24,830 nt of DNA from an uncultured Rhodospirillaceae bacterium (GTDB lineage Bacteria; Pseudomonadota; Alphaproteobacteria; Dongiales; Dongiaceae). The notes under the pieces were generated by a model that was not told the DNA's origin, made no database searches, and worked only from the letters and a program-made list of their open reading frames with translations. The translations under genes and the position numbers were made by a program. Shown here in pieces: positions 8,925 through 16,376 of the stretch. Position 1 is the first letter of the stretch. Every line of letters starts with the position of its first letter. The stretch covers positions 1 through 24,830 of the forward strand of contig CAZQLF010000002.1 of the NCBI GenBank assembly GCA_964594035.1, in the 5' to 3' direction.

Positions 8925-8987
8925 CGCCGGATCGGCCGCATTTTGTGCCGGCGATTGCGAATCCTGGCGCTTCGTGAGGTCGGTCAT
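8364..8987 (-). CDS. 207-aa three-unit repeat protein (tandem twin-arginine leader + variable core cassettes)
   Basis: ATG 8987 with GAGGGG SD 9 nt upstream. Units repeat at 65 and 64 aa. The leader motif is conserved in amino acids despite many synonymous changes, which supports real coding. Confidence 0.82.
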   Translation of the reverse strand: MTDLTKRQDSQSPAQNAADPARRAALRRLGRFAAVTPPAVTLLLSAATKSAKAVVSPAPTSSRQLKEPVTVSKLQPHPDEAAINQSRRATLRRLGRFAAITPPAITLLLAGKPKRAVAVSIGPISSRKFKEHVSVPKLQQRAGDAMIDQRRRATLRRLGRFAAITPPAVTLLLSASTRRAQAIVSPAPESSRQFKEPVLVPQLCKAA

Positions 8988-9022
8988 CGGCGCACACCCC
9001 TCATAGCCTGCTCGACTTTGCG

Positions 9023-9051
9023 AGCTTAAGCCGCCGGGCGCGGGCGAACAA
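9023..9051 (-). promoter_or_regulatory. Possible sigma70 promoter for the peptide genes (TTGTTC-N17-TAAGCT)
   Basis: Motif match between the tRNA 3' end and the 8987 start. Confidence 0.3.
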
Positions 9052-9080
9052 GGCAAGATGAATTAACGATTTCTGAGGGG

Positions 9081-9157
9081 TGGTCGGAGTGAGAGGATTC
9101 GAACCTCCGGCCTCTGCGTCCCGAACGCAGCGCTCTACCAGGCTGAGCTACACTCCG
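9081..9157 (-). tRNA. tRNA-Pro(CGG)
   Basis: 77 nt. Acceptor stem CGGAGTG/CACTCCG, D-arm GCTC/GAGC, anticodon arm CTGCG-TTCGGGA-CGCAG, T-loop GTTCGAAT, encoded CCA. Confidence 0.98.
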
Positions 9158-9182
9158 ATGCCGGTTCTCTTGCGGGCCGCGC

Positions 9183-9212
9183 GTTATAGCTCTTCCACTC
9201 GGATTGAGGCAA
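9183..9212 (-). promoter_or_regulatory. tRNA promoter TTGCCT-N18-TATAAC followed by a GC-rich discriminator
   Basis: Motif plus GCGGCCCGC downstream, as expected for stable-RNA promoters. Confidence 0.55.
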
Positions 9213-9236
9213 GGGCCGCCAGGCCCATCCCGCAGC

Positions 9237-10259
9237 CTAATAGGCGCGCTCGATGCAGAAATCGACGACGTCCAGCAGGGCGCGTTTTTCCGGCCCTTCC
9301 GGGAAAATACCCAGCGCATCGCGGGCGATGGCACCGTAATGGCGGGCGCGGGCAGCGGTATCGCGCAACGCCCCGTGGCCCTCCATCAGGCTGATGGCAC
9401 GCCGCAGATCGGCCTCCTCCTGCTCCAGCTTTTCCAGGCAGCGGCGCCAGAAGACCCGTTCTCCCTCATCGCCGCGCCGATAAGCGAGGATGACGGGCAG
9501 CGTGATCTTGCCTTCGCGGAAATCGTCGCCGACCGTCTTGCCGAGCTCCGCCTGCTTTGCCGAGAAGTCCAGCACGTCGTCGATCAACTGAAAGGCGATG
9601 CCGAGGTTGAGGCCGTAGCTTTCCAGAGCCTCCTCTTCCACCCGGGGACGCTCAGCTACGACCGCACCCACGCGGCAGGCGGCAGCGAACAGGGCTGCGG
9701 TCTTGCAGCGGATGACATCGAGATAGGCCTGCTCGGAGGTTTCGGTATCGTTCGTGGTCACGAGCTGTAGGACTTCACCCTCGGCAATGATCGCGGACGC
9801 ACCCGAGAGAATTTCCAGTACGCGCAGCGAACCATCCGCCACCATCAACTGGAAGGCGCGGCTAAACAGGAAATCGCCGACCAGCACGCTCGCCTGGTTG
9901 CCCCACACCGAATTGGCGGTGGCAAGGCCGCGGCGCAGATCGCTCTCATCGACGACATCGTCATGCAACAGCGTGGCGGTATGAATGAACTCGACGCAGG
10001 CAGCCAACGCCTGGTGGCGCCCACCCGTGTAGCCGCAGAGGCGTGCCGAGGCCAGCGTCAGCATGGGGCGCAGCCGCTTGCCGCCGGCGGCAATAAGGTG
10101 CCCAGCAAGCTGCGGGATCAGCGGCACCGGGCTGTGCATATTCTTGAGAATCAGCGCATTGACGACATGCAGATCCTCGGCCACCAGACGCTGCAATTCG
10201 TCCAGCGACGGCCGGCGGGCGCGACCCCGTTCTTCATCCAGGTTAACGATAACAGCCAC
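9237..10259 (-). CDS. ispB: All-trans polyprenyl diphosphate synthase (IspB/DdsA type); likely GTG start at 10259 (ORF track 10271)
   Basis: GGKRLRP, LLHDDVVD (FARM), RRG, FQLIDDVLD (SARM) and DDFREGKITLP motifs. Confidence 0.93.
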   Translation of the reverse strand: MAVIVNLDEERGRARRPSLDELQRLVAEDLHVVNALILKNMHSPVPLIPQLAGHLIAAGGKRLRPMLTLASARLCGYTGGRHQALAACVEFIHTATLLHDDVVDESDLRRGLATANSVWGNQASVLVGDFLFSRAFQLMVADGSLRVLEILSGASAIIAEGEVLQLVTTNDTETSEQAYLDVIRCKTAALFAAACRVGAVVAERPRVEEEALESYGLNLGIAFQLIDDVLDFSAKQAELGKTVGDDFREGKITLPVILAYRRGDEGERVFWRRCLEKLEQEEADLRRAISLMEGHGALRDTAARARHYGAIARDALGIFPEGPEKRALLDVVDFCIERAY

Positions 10260-10314
10260 GCGCGACCCCAATTCTTGACCCAGGCCCGCCTAGCGGCGAG
10301 CATGGAGGGGATGG

Positions 10315-10342
10315 AGCATAGAAGGGCGGGACGGGGGGTCAA
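10315..10342 (-). promoter_or_regulatory. sigma70 promoter for ispB (TTGACC-N16-TATGCT)
   Basis: Good consensus match upstream of ispB. Confidence 0.55.
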
Positions 10343-10417
10343 GGTGTGGCGGTTCGTCGCGCCTGACCCTGTATTTTCCCGGCCCAACTCAGCCAGGATT
10401 TGCGCCGGAGGCATTGG

Positions 10418-10633
10418 TTGAAGGAACTGGCCCGCACGAACGACCTGGTGCGCATGTCCTTTCTGCGCGCACTGTTGAAAGACGCCGGAATCGAGTTCGA
10501 CGTATTCGATTCCAACATGAACATCGCCGAGGGTGGCAATGCGGTGCTGCTGGCGCCCCGGCTGATGGTCGCCACCAAGGACTACGAAAGGGCCAAGCGC
10601 CTGCTGCGCGATGCTGGCGTCGATGAGGGCTGA
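10418..10633 (+). CDS. DUF2007-like small putative signal-transducing protein
   Basis: TTG start after GGAGG: MKELARTNDLVRMSFLRALLKDAGIE...PRLMV. Usual alphaproteobacterial position between ispB and a methyltransferase. Confidence 0.8.
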   Translation: MKELARTNDLVRMSFLRALLKDAGIEFDVFDSNMNIAEGGNAVLLAPRLMVATKDYERAKRLLRDAGVDEG

Positions 10634-11390
10634 CGCTTCGGCAGCCCCACCGGCATTGGCGACTACCGAAGATCGCATTCTCGGCGGTCGCCTCCGGCTG
10701 CGCCAACCGGTGTCCGGCTATCGCGTGGGCATCGATCCGGTGTTTCTCGCCGCCGCGGCGCCGGCGCGTGAAGCAGGACGAGCGCTCGATCTTGGCTGCG
10801 GCGTGGCGGCGGCAGGCCTTTGCCTGGCCTGGCGTCAGCCGGGCTTGCAGATAACCGGTCTCGAAATCCAGCCGGCGCTGGCAGAGCTTGCCACCGGCAA
10901 TGCCAGGCTGAACGGGATGGGTGATCGCTTGAACATCGTCGCCGGCGACCTGCTGTGTGCGCCCAGCCCGGTGGCGTCTGGCAGCTTCGACATCGTACTT
11001 GCCAATCCGCCTTTTCATATCGCGGGCCACGCAAGCGCGCCGAAGGAACCCGGCCGCGCCCAGGGTCATGTCGAAGGCGAGGCCGATCTCGGCGCCTGGA
11101 TCGCGCGTGCCCTGGATTTCGCTGCGCCCAGCGGCATGTTGGTGATGATCCACAAGCCGGAGCGGCTCGGTGAAATTCTCGCTTTGCTGGAAGGCCGCGC
11201 TGGCGCCATCGACCTGTTTCCGCTCTGGGCGGGTGCGGCGAAGCCGGCGCGCCGCATCTTGCTGCGCGCGAAGAAGGGGAGCGCAGCACCGCTCAGCCTC
11301 CATCGGGGTCTGGTGCTGCACGAAGCCGATGGGCGTTACACGGATGCTGCCGAGGCAGTGCTTCGGGATGGCGGAGCCTTGGACATTTAA
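10623..11390 (+). CDS. SAM-dependent methyltransferase, tRNA1(Val) adenine37-N6 (TrmN6/YfiC)-like
   Basis: LDLGCGVAAAG SAM motif, GLEIQP, FDIVLANPPF motif IV. Start refined to ATG 10623. Confidence 0.85.
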   Translation: MRADASAAPPALATTEDRILGGRLRLRQPVSGYRVGIDPVFLAAAAPAREAGRALDLGCGVAAAGLCLAWRQPGLQITGLEIQPALAELATGNARLNGMGDRLNIVAGDLLCAPSPVASGSFDIVLANPPFHIAGHASAPKEPGRAQGHVEGEADLGAWIARALDFAAPSGMLVMIHKPERLGEILALLEGRAGAIDLFPLWAGAAKPARRILLRAKKGSAAPLSLHRGLVLHEADGRYTDAAEAVLRDGGALDI

Positions 11391-12397
11391 GCCAGCAACG
11401 CGGCCAGGGTCGCCTTCACATCCTCGAAGGGAATACGCTCCATTTCCGGCCCGCCGTAGTCGCGCGCCCAGATGACTTTTCCTTTTGCCGTGACCGGCCG
11501 CCAGATGCGGGGATCCGTTGGCCCGAAGAGGCTCAGCAGCGGAATGCCCGTGGCAGCCAACAGATGGCCGGTGCCGGTATCGTTGCTGACGGCGGCCGCC
11601 AAGCGACGGCCGAGCCCCAGCCAGAGATCGATGTCGGAAAGCATTGCATTGTCGCTGCAGCCGGGAAAAAGCGCGTAGGGCAGCGCTTGGCGCAGCTGCT
11701 GGTACAGCGCGCGCTCCATGGGCCCCAACAGGACGACCGGCCGATGGCCCTGGCCCGCAATCCAGCCGGCCAGCGCGATCTGGCGATCCAACGGCCAATA
11801 GCGCAGCGAACCCGATGCGCCCGGCGCAATGCCCACATAGCTTTGGCCCGGCGGCAACAGCTCTGCTGCCTGGCGCAGGGTTTCAGGGGGCAGTTCAATC
11901 TCTCCGCTGCCATCGGCTGGACTGCCGCTCGCGGCCTCGAGCAGCGCGAACAAGCGCGCAAGCTTGTGCCGCGGACGAAATCCCCGCGGTTTGTAACGGC
12001 AGAAGACATAGCCGGGTGTTGCGGCCTGATAGATGTCGGCCGCCAGCAAAAGGCGCGTGGCGGCGATGACAGCATTATTGCTGCGGTGATCAATGATGAG
12101 ACCGAACCGCGGGAAGGCGCGCAGCCGCTTGATGGCTTCGTGCCAGGGCCGGCGAAGCTTCGCATTGACGATCAGTTCGTCGATCAGCGGTGCAGCGATG
12201 CGCGCCATCGAAGTGCGATAAGGGCTATCGCTTTCCGATACGAGCCAGGTGATGCGCTCACCCGGATAGGCGCGCCGCAGCGCGCGCAGCAGATGTAGCT
12301 TGTATACCCCATCCCCCAGGCTTTCACGTTCGGAGATTACCGCGATGCCGCGGCCAGCATGGGGCAGAGGTCTGATGGCGGGTGGCGCGGCGCTCAT
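11387..12397 (-). CDS. Glycosyltransferase family 9 (heptosyltransferase-like)
   Basis: LGDG...LRRAYPGERITWL N-terminus, RYWPLDR, and SNDTGTGHLLAATGIPLLSLFGPTDP C-terminal motif. Confidence 0.87.
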   Translation of the reverse strand: MSAAPPAIRPLPHAGRGIAVISERESLGDGVYKLHLLRALRRAYPGERITWLVSESDSPYRTSMARIAAPLIDELIVNAKLRRPWHEAIKRLRAFPRFGLIIDHRSNNAVIAATRLLLAADIYQAATPGYVFCRYKPRGFRPRHKLARLFALLEAASGSPADGSGEIELPPETLRQAAELLPPGQSYVGIAPGASGSLRYWPLDRQIALAGWIAGQGHRPVVLLGPMERALYQQLRQALPYALFPGCSDNAMLSDIDLWLGLGRRLAAAVSNDTGTGHLLAATGIPLLSLFGPTDPRIWRPVTAKGKVIWARDYGGPEMERIPFEDVKATLAALLA

Positions 12398-12449
12398 GGC
12401 GCGCGGACGCTAGCAGGAAGGCGCCCGCGTCGGCTAGTTTTCGGCCCTG

Positions 12450-12937
12450 TGAGACGAATCGGGCATTCAGGATACGCAGGGCCACCCAGGCAGACGCGGG
12501 CGCCATTGCCGAGGTCCATCTGCGCTCGCACCGCGAGACCTATGTGCCACTGGTAGGCGAGGCAGAGTATTGGCCGGCCGATCTCGCACAGCGCCTGGAG
12601 CAGTGGTGGGAGGCGCTGGCGGGGGAGGGAATGGCTTTCTTGGCGAGCGAAGGCGGTCAGGCCGTTGGCTTCGCCCATGCCCTGGGTTCCAGGATCACAA
12701 CCTTGTATATCCTGGCGAGCCATCATCGCCGCGGCATCGGGCGCGCTGCTGACGCGGCTTCTTGCAGCGCTCGCCGAGAGGGGTATTACAACGGCGAGCT
12801 TTGCGGTGTTGGCGGTGAACGAGAAGGCGATCCGATTCTACGAGGCGCTCGGAGCGAGGGCGACCGGGACCGCCGTCGTTCACGAACACGGCGCGCGCTA
12901 TGAGGATCGGTTGTTCGAGATTGCGACCGGCGGGTGA
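12450..12937 (+). pseudogene. GNAT-family N-acetyltransferase, frameshifted at about 12745 with no clear start (or sequence error)
   Basis: The N-half (IRRATQADAGAIAEVH...LYILASHHRRGIGR) and C-half (LLTRLL...LAVNEKAIRFYEALG) are in different frames. The junction reads ATC GGG CGC G CTG CTG. Confidence 0.78.
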
Positions 12938-12958
12938 GTTCGCCGCAGCCTTAAGTCG

Positions 12959-12988
12959 TTGACCCGCCACCCGCTGCCTCGCTATATG
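12959..12988 (+). promoter_or_regulatory. sigma70 promoter TTGACC-N18-TATATG, probably giving a leaderless mRNA
   Basis: The -10 ends 5 nt before ATG 12994. No SD sequence. Confidence 0.55.
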
Positions 12989-12993
12989 GCCCG

Positions 12994-13260
12994 ATGTTCA
13001 GTATTCCCAGCTTCCCCAAGCTGATCGTCCTCATCGGCATTATCACGGCCATCTGGTACGGTTTTCGCCTCGTGGGCCAGCTCGACCGGGCGCGGCGCCA
13101 GGCGGAGCGGATGGGCCAGCAGGCACCCAGGCAGGCACCGCCCAATCAGCGTCGGGCCGACGTCACCAATGTCGAGGACACGGTCAAATGCCGCGTCTGT
13201 GGCGCCTACGTGCCCTCACGCCAACCAAGCCGTTGCAATCGCAGCGATTGTCCGTTCTAG
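12994..13260 (+). CDS. Small membrane protein with a C-terminal Cys4 (CxxC...CxxxxC) putative zinc site
   Basis: N-terminal TM helix (LIVLIGIITAIWYGF), Q/R/P-rich linker, KCRVCGAYVP...CNRSDCPF. Confidence 0.8.
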   Translation: MFSIPSFPKLIVLIGIITAIWYGFRLVGQLDRARRQAERMGQQAPRQAPPNQRRADVTNVEDTVKCRVCGAYVPSRQPSRCNRSDCPF

Positions 13261-13290
13261 ATTGAAGTTTGCAGAAAGCGGGCGGTTTGC

Positions 13291-13319
13291 TTGACCCTCG
13301 CTGACTCGCTCGTTAGGTT
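13291..13319 (+). promoter_or_regulatory. sigma70 promoter of glyQS (TTGACC-N17-TAGGTT)
   Basis: Consensus spacing, 30 nt upstream of glyQ. Confidence 0.6.
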
Positions 13320-13349
13320 GCAGCGCAGCAAAAGCCGAGCCGCCTTGCC

Positions 13350-14258
13350 ATGGCCAACCCAGAAACCAGCTTCCAGCGGCTGATTTTGAAACTCCAGGAT
13401 TACTGGGCCCGAGAAGGCTGCGTGATCGTGCAGCCCTATGACATGGAGGTAGGGGCTGGCACCTTCCACCCCGCCACGACCCTACGCGCCCTCGGGCCGG
13501 AGCCTTGGCGCGCTGCCTATGTTCAGCCCTCCCGCCGGCCCACCGACGGGCGCTATGGCGAAAATCCGAACCGGCTGCAGCATTTCTATCAGTTCCAGGT
13601 GATCCTGAAGCCCTCGCCGGACAACAGCCAGGCGCTGTATCTGGCAAGCCTGGAAGCGCTCGGCATTCGGCTGCGCGACCATGATGTACGCTTCGTCGAG
13701 GACGATTGGGAAAGTCCGACCCTGGGCGCCGCAGGGCTCGGCTGGGAAGTCTGGCTCGACGGCATGGAGATCAGCCAGTTCACCTATTTCCAGCAGGTGG
13801 GCGGCATCGAGTGCAATCCCGTGTCCACCGAGCTCACCTATGGCATGGAGCGCCTGGCCATGTTCGTCCAGGGCGTGGACAACATCTTCGCGCTGGATTG
13901 GAACGGTCTGGCGCCCGACGCCGGCGGCATGACCTATGCGGATGTCTATCTGCAGGCCGAGCAGGAATTCTCCGTCTACAACTTCGAGCTGGCCGATACG
14001 GCGGTGCTGTTCCGCCACTTCCAGGACGCGGAAAAGGAATGCAAAGCGCTGCTGGATCGCAAGCAGCCGCTGACGCTGCCTGCCTATGACCAGTGCATGA
14101 AGGCGAGCCATCTGTTCAATCTGCTGGATGCCCGCGGCGTGGTATCGGCGACCGAACGCCAGTCCTATATCGCGCGCGTGCGTGTGCTCGCCAAAGGCTG
14201 CTGCGAGGGCTGGCTCGGCCGCAAGACGGCCCAGGCGTCCGCGGCGAAGGCACGCTAA
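13350..14258 (+). CDS. glyQ: Glycine--tRNA ligase alpha subunit
   Basis: [33 protein letters not shown] and [19 protein letters not shown] motifs. Confidence 0.98.
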   Translation: MANPETSFQRLILKLQDYWAREGCVIVQPYDMEVGAGTFHPATTLRALGPEPWRAAYVQPSRRPTDGRYGENPNRLQHFYQFQVILKPSPDNSQALYLASLEALGIRLRDHDVRFVEDDWESPTLGAAGLGWEVWLDGMEISQFTYFQQVGGIECNPVSTELTYGMERLAMFVQGVDNIFALDWNGLAPDAGGMTYADVYLQAEQEFSVYNFELADTAVLFRHFQDAEKECKALLDRKQPLTLPAYDQCMKASHLFNLLDARGVVSATERQSYIARVRVLAKGCCEGWLGRKTAQASAAKAR

Positions 14259-16375
14259 TGGCTGAATTCCTGCTCGAACTTCTGGCCGAAGAAATTCCTG
14301 CCCGCATGCAGGCGCGCGGGGCTCAGGATTTGAAGACCCTGGTCACCGAGAAGCTGACCGAACTCAAACTGACCTTCACCAAGTCGGAAGGGTTGGCGAC
14401 ACCGCGCCGGCTGGCGCTGTGGGTCGATGGCCTGCCGGCGACCCAGCCCGAGCGGCTGAACGAGATCAAGGGGCCGCGGGTCAACGCCCCCGACCATGTG
14501 ATCGAAGCCTTCCTGAAGGCGCGCAAGATCACCTCGCTGGATCAGTGCGAGCGCCGTGGCGCCGAGAGGAACGCCTCCTGGTTCTACATCGAACGGATTC
14601 CGGGCCTGCCAACGGGCCAGGTACTGGCGTCGATCCTGCCGGCTGCGGTGTTGGGAATTCCCTGGCCCAAATCCATGCGCTGGGCCTATGACAAAGCCTC
14701 TTGGGTGCGCCCGCTGCACAACATCATGGCGGTGTTCGACGGCGATCTGGTGTCCTTCGAAGTCGATCTCGGCACGCCCGAACACCCGCACAAGATCGCC
14801 TCGCGCAAGGAAACGTTCGGCCATCGCTTCCTGGGCCCGCAGAGCTTCACCGTCTCCAACTTCAACACCTACAAGGCGCGCCTTGGCGTGCGCCAGGTGA
14901 TCGTCGATCCCGCCGAGCGCCGCCATGTCATCGGCAAGCATGCCGAGCGGTTGGGCCGCACTGAATCGCTGACGGTGCGCCGCGACGAGGCGCTGATGGA
15001 CGAAGTGGTCGGCCTTGTCGAATGGCCGGTGGTGCTGATGGGCCGCATCGATCCGGCGTATATGGATCTGCCGCCGGAAGTGCTGACCACCACCATGCGC
15101 GCCAACCAGAAATATTTCGCCCTGCAGAATGCCGAGGGCAAGCTGGCGCCGCGATTTATCGTGGTGGCGAACATGGAGACGCGCGACCAGGGTGCCACCA
15201 TCATCGCCGGCAATGAGCGCGTGCTGCGCGCGCGCCTGGCCGATGCCCAGTTCTTCTGGGATCACGATCGCAAGCTGGGGCTGGAAGCACGGCTACCGGC
15301 ACTGAAATCCATCATCTTCCACGCCAAGCTCGGCACCCTCGCCGACAAGATCGACCGGATCGAGAAGCTGGCTCTCGAAATCGCCCGCGAATTGCCGGGT
15401 GGCGATATCTCGAAGGAAGTCAGCCGCGCGGCGCGACTGTGCAAAGCCGATCTCACCACCGGCATGGTGGGCGAGTTTCCTGAACTGCAGGGCATCATGG
15501 GGCGCTATTACGCCCTCGCCGCGGGCGAGAGCCCGGCGGTGGCCAACGCCATTGCCGAGCACTACGCACCGCTCGGACCCAGCGAACGCTGTCCCAGCGC
15601 GCCGGTTTCTGTGGCGCTGGCGCTGGCCGACAAGATCGACACGCTGGTTGGATTCTGGGCGATCGGCGAGAAGCCGACGGGCTCGCGTGATCCCTATGCG
15701 CTGCGCCGGGCGGCCCTCGGCGTCATCCGCCTGGTGGTGGAGAATGGTTTGCGTGTTCCTTTTCACCGGCTGATGGAGCTTGCTTCGTTCAACTTCAACG
15801 AGATGCAGCCCGGCATGCTGGTGGGTTTCGATCCTGCCGACCTGCTGGAATTCTTCGCCGACCGGCTGAAGGTCGCCCTCAAGGAAAAGGGTGTGCGGAA
15901 CGATCTCATCGCCGCCGTGTTTGCTCTCAAGCGGGAAAACGGCCTGGGCGAGGACGATTTCGTGCGCCTGCTCACCCGCGTCGATGCATTGGCGAAATTC
16001 CTGTCGAGCGAAGACGGCGTCAATCTCTTAACCGCCTCCAAACGGGCGGGGAACATACTGCGCATCGAGGAAAAGAAAGACGGCCGCGGTTATGACGAGG
16101 TGCCGGACGCCTCGTTGCTGCGCCTGCCGGAAGAGTTCACCCTGGTCGAAGCCATGCGTGACGCCCGCGACCGCACGGAAGCGGCCTTGAAGCGCGAAGC
16201 CTACACGGCGGCCATGGCGGCGCTGGCGCGGCTGCGCGAACCAGTCGACGATTTCTTCGACAAGGTCACTGTCAATGACGAGGATACGTCCCAGCGCGCC
16301 AACCGGCTGCGCCTTCTGTCGCGCATCCGCGCGACGCTCAACACGGTAGCGGACTTCTCCAAGATCGAGGGCTGA
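14258..16375 (+). CDS. glyS: Glycine--tRNA ligase beta subunit
   Basis: TAATG overlap. FLLELLAEEIPARM, KSMRW, VLRARLADAQFF, MVGEFPELQG, GSRDPYALRR. Confidence 0.97.
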   Translation: MAEFLLELLAEEIPARMQARGAQDLKTLVTEKLTELKLTFTKSEGLATPRRLALWVDGLPATQPERLNEIKGPRVNAPDHVIEAFLKARKITSLDQCERRGAERNASWFYIERIPGLPTGQVLASILPAAVLGIPWPKSMRWAYDKASWVRPLHNIMAVFDGDLVSFEVDLGTPEHPHKIASRKETFGHRFLGPQSFTVSNFNTYKARLGVRQVIVDPAERRHVIGKHAERLGRTESLTVRRDEALMDEVVGLVEWPVVLMGRIDPAYMDLPPEVLTTTMRANQKYFALQNAEGKLAPRFIVVANMETRDQGATIIAGNERVLRARLADAQFFWDHDRKLGLEARLPALKSIIFHAKLGTLADKIDRIEKLALEIARELPGGDISKEVSRAARLCKADLTTGMVGEFPELQGIMGRYYALAAGESPAVANAIAEHYAPLGPSERCPSAPVSVALALADKIDTLVGFWAIGEKPTGSRDPYALRRAALGVIRLVVENGLRVPFHRLMELASFNFNEMQPGMLVGFDPADLLEFFADRLKVALKEKGVRNDLIAAVFALKRENGLGEDDFVRLLTRVDALAKFLSSEDGVNLLTASKRAGNILRIEEKKDGRGYDEVPDASLLRLPEEFTLVEAMRDARDRTEAALKREAYTAAMAALARLREPVDDFFDKVTVNDEDTSQRANRLRLLSRIRATLNTVADFSKIEG

Positions 16376-16376
16376 G

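Noticed and set aside
8119-8987. Repeats as a CRISPR array or non-coding DNA repeat
   Set aside because: The period is about 190-250 nt, copies differ mainly at synonymous positions, the frame is preserved, and there are no cas genes in the window.
8072-9029. Plus-strand and alternate-frame ORFs over the peptide array (8072-8335, 8277-8588, 8592-9029, 8090-8506, 8672-8941)
   Set aside because: Amino-acid conservation across units holds only in the minus-strand frame used for the peptide genes.
8988-9056. ORF-track N-terminal extension of the repeat protein (start 9056)
   Set aside because: ATG 8987 has a well-spaced GAGGGG and gives the same 21-residue pre-RR length as the second gene. The extension overlaps the putative promoter.
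8000-9157. Integrative element or prophage at tRNA-Pro
   Set aside because: I found no duplicated tRNA 3' end (CTCCGACCA) on the far side, and no integrase or phage genes.
11387-11390. 4-nt overlaps of convergent stop codons (also 20936-20939 and 24595-24598)
   Set aside because: A common arrangement in compact bacterial genomes; no evidence of special function.
14093-14257. N-terminal extension of glyS in the ORF track
   Set aside because: It overlaps glyQ. The TAATG junction at 14256-14260 gives the canonical MAEFLLEL start.
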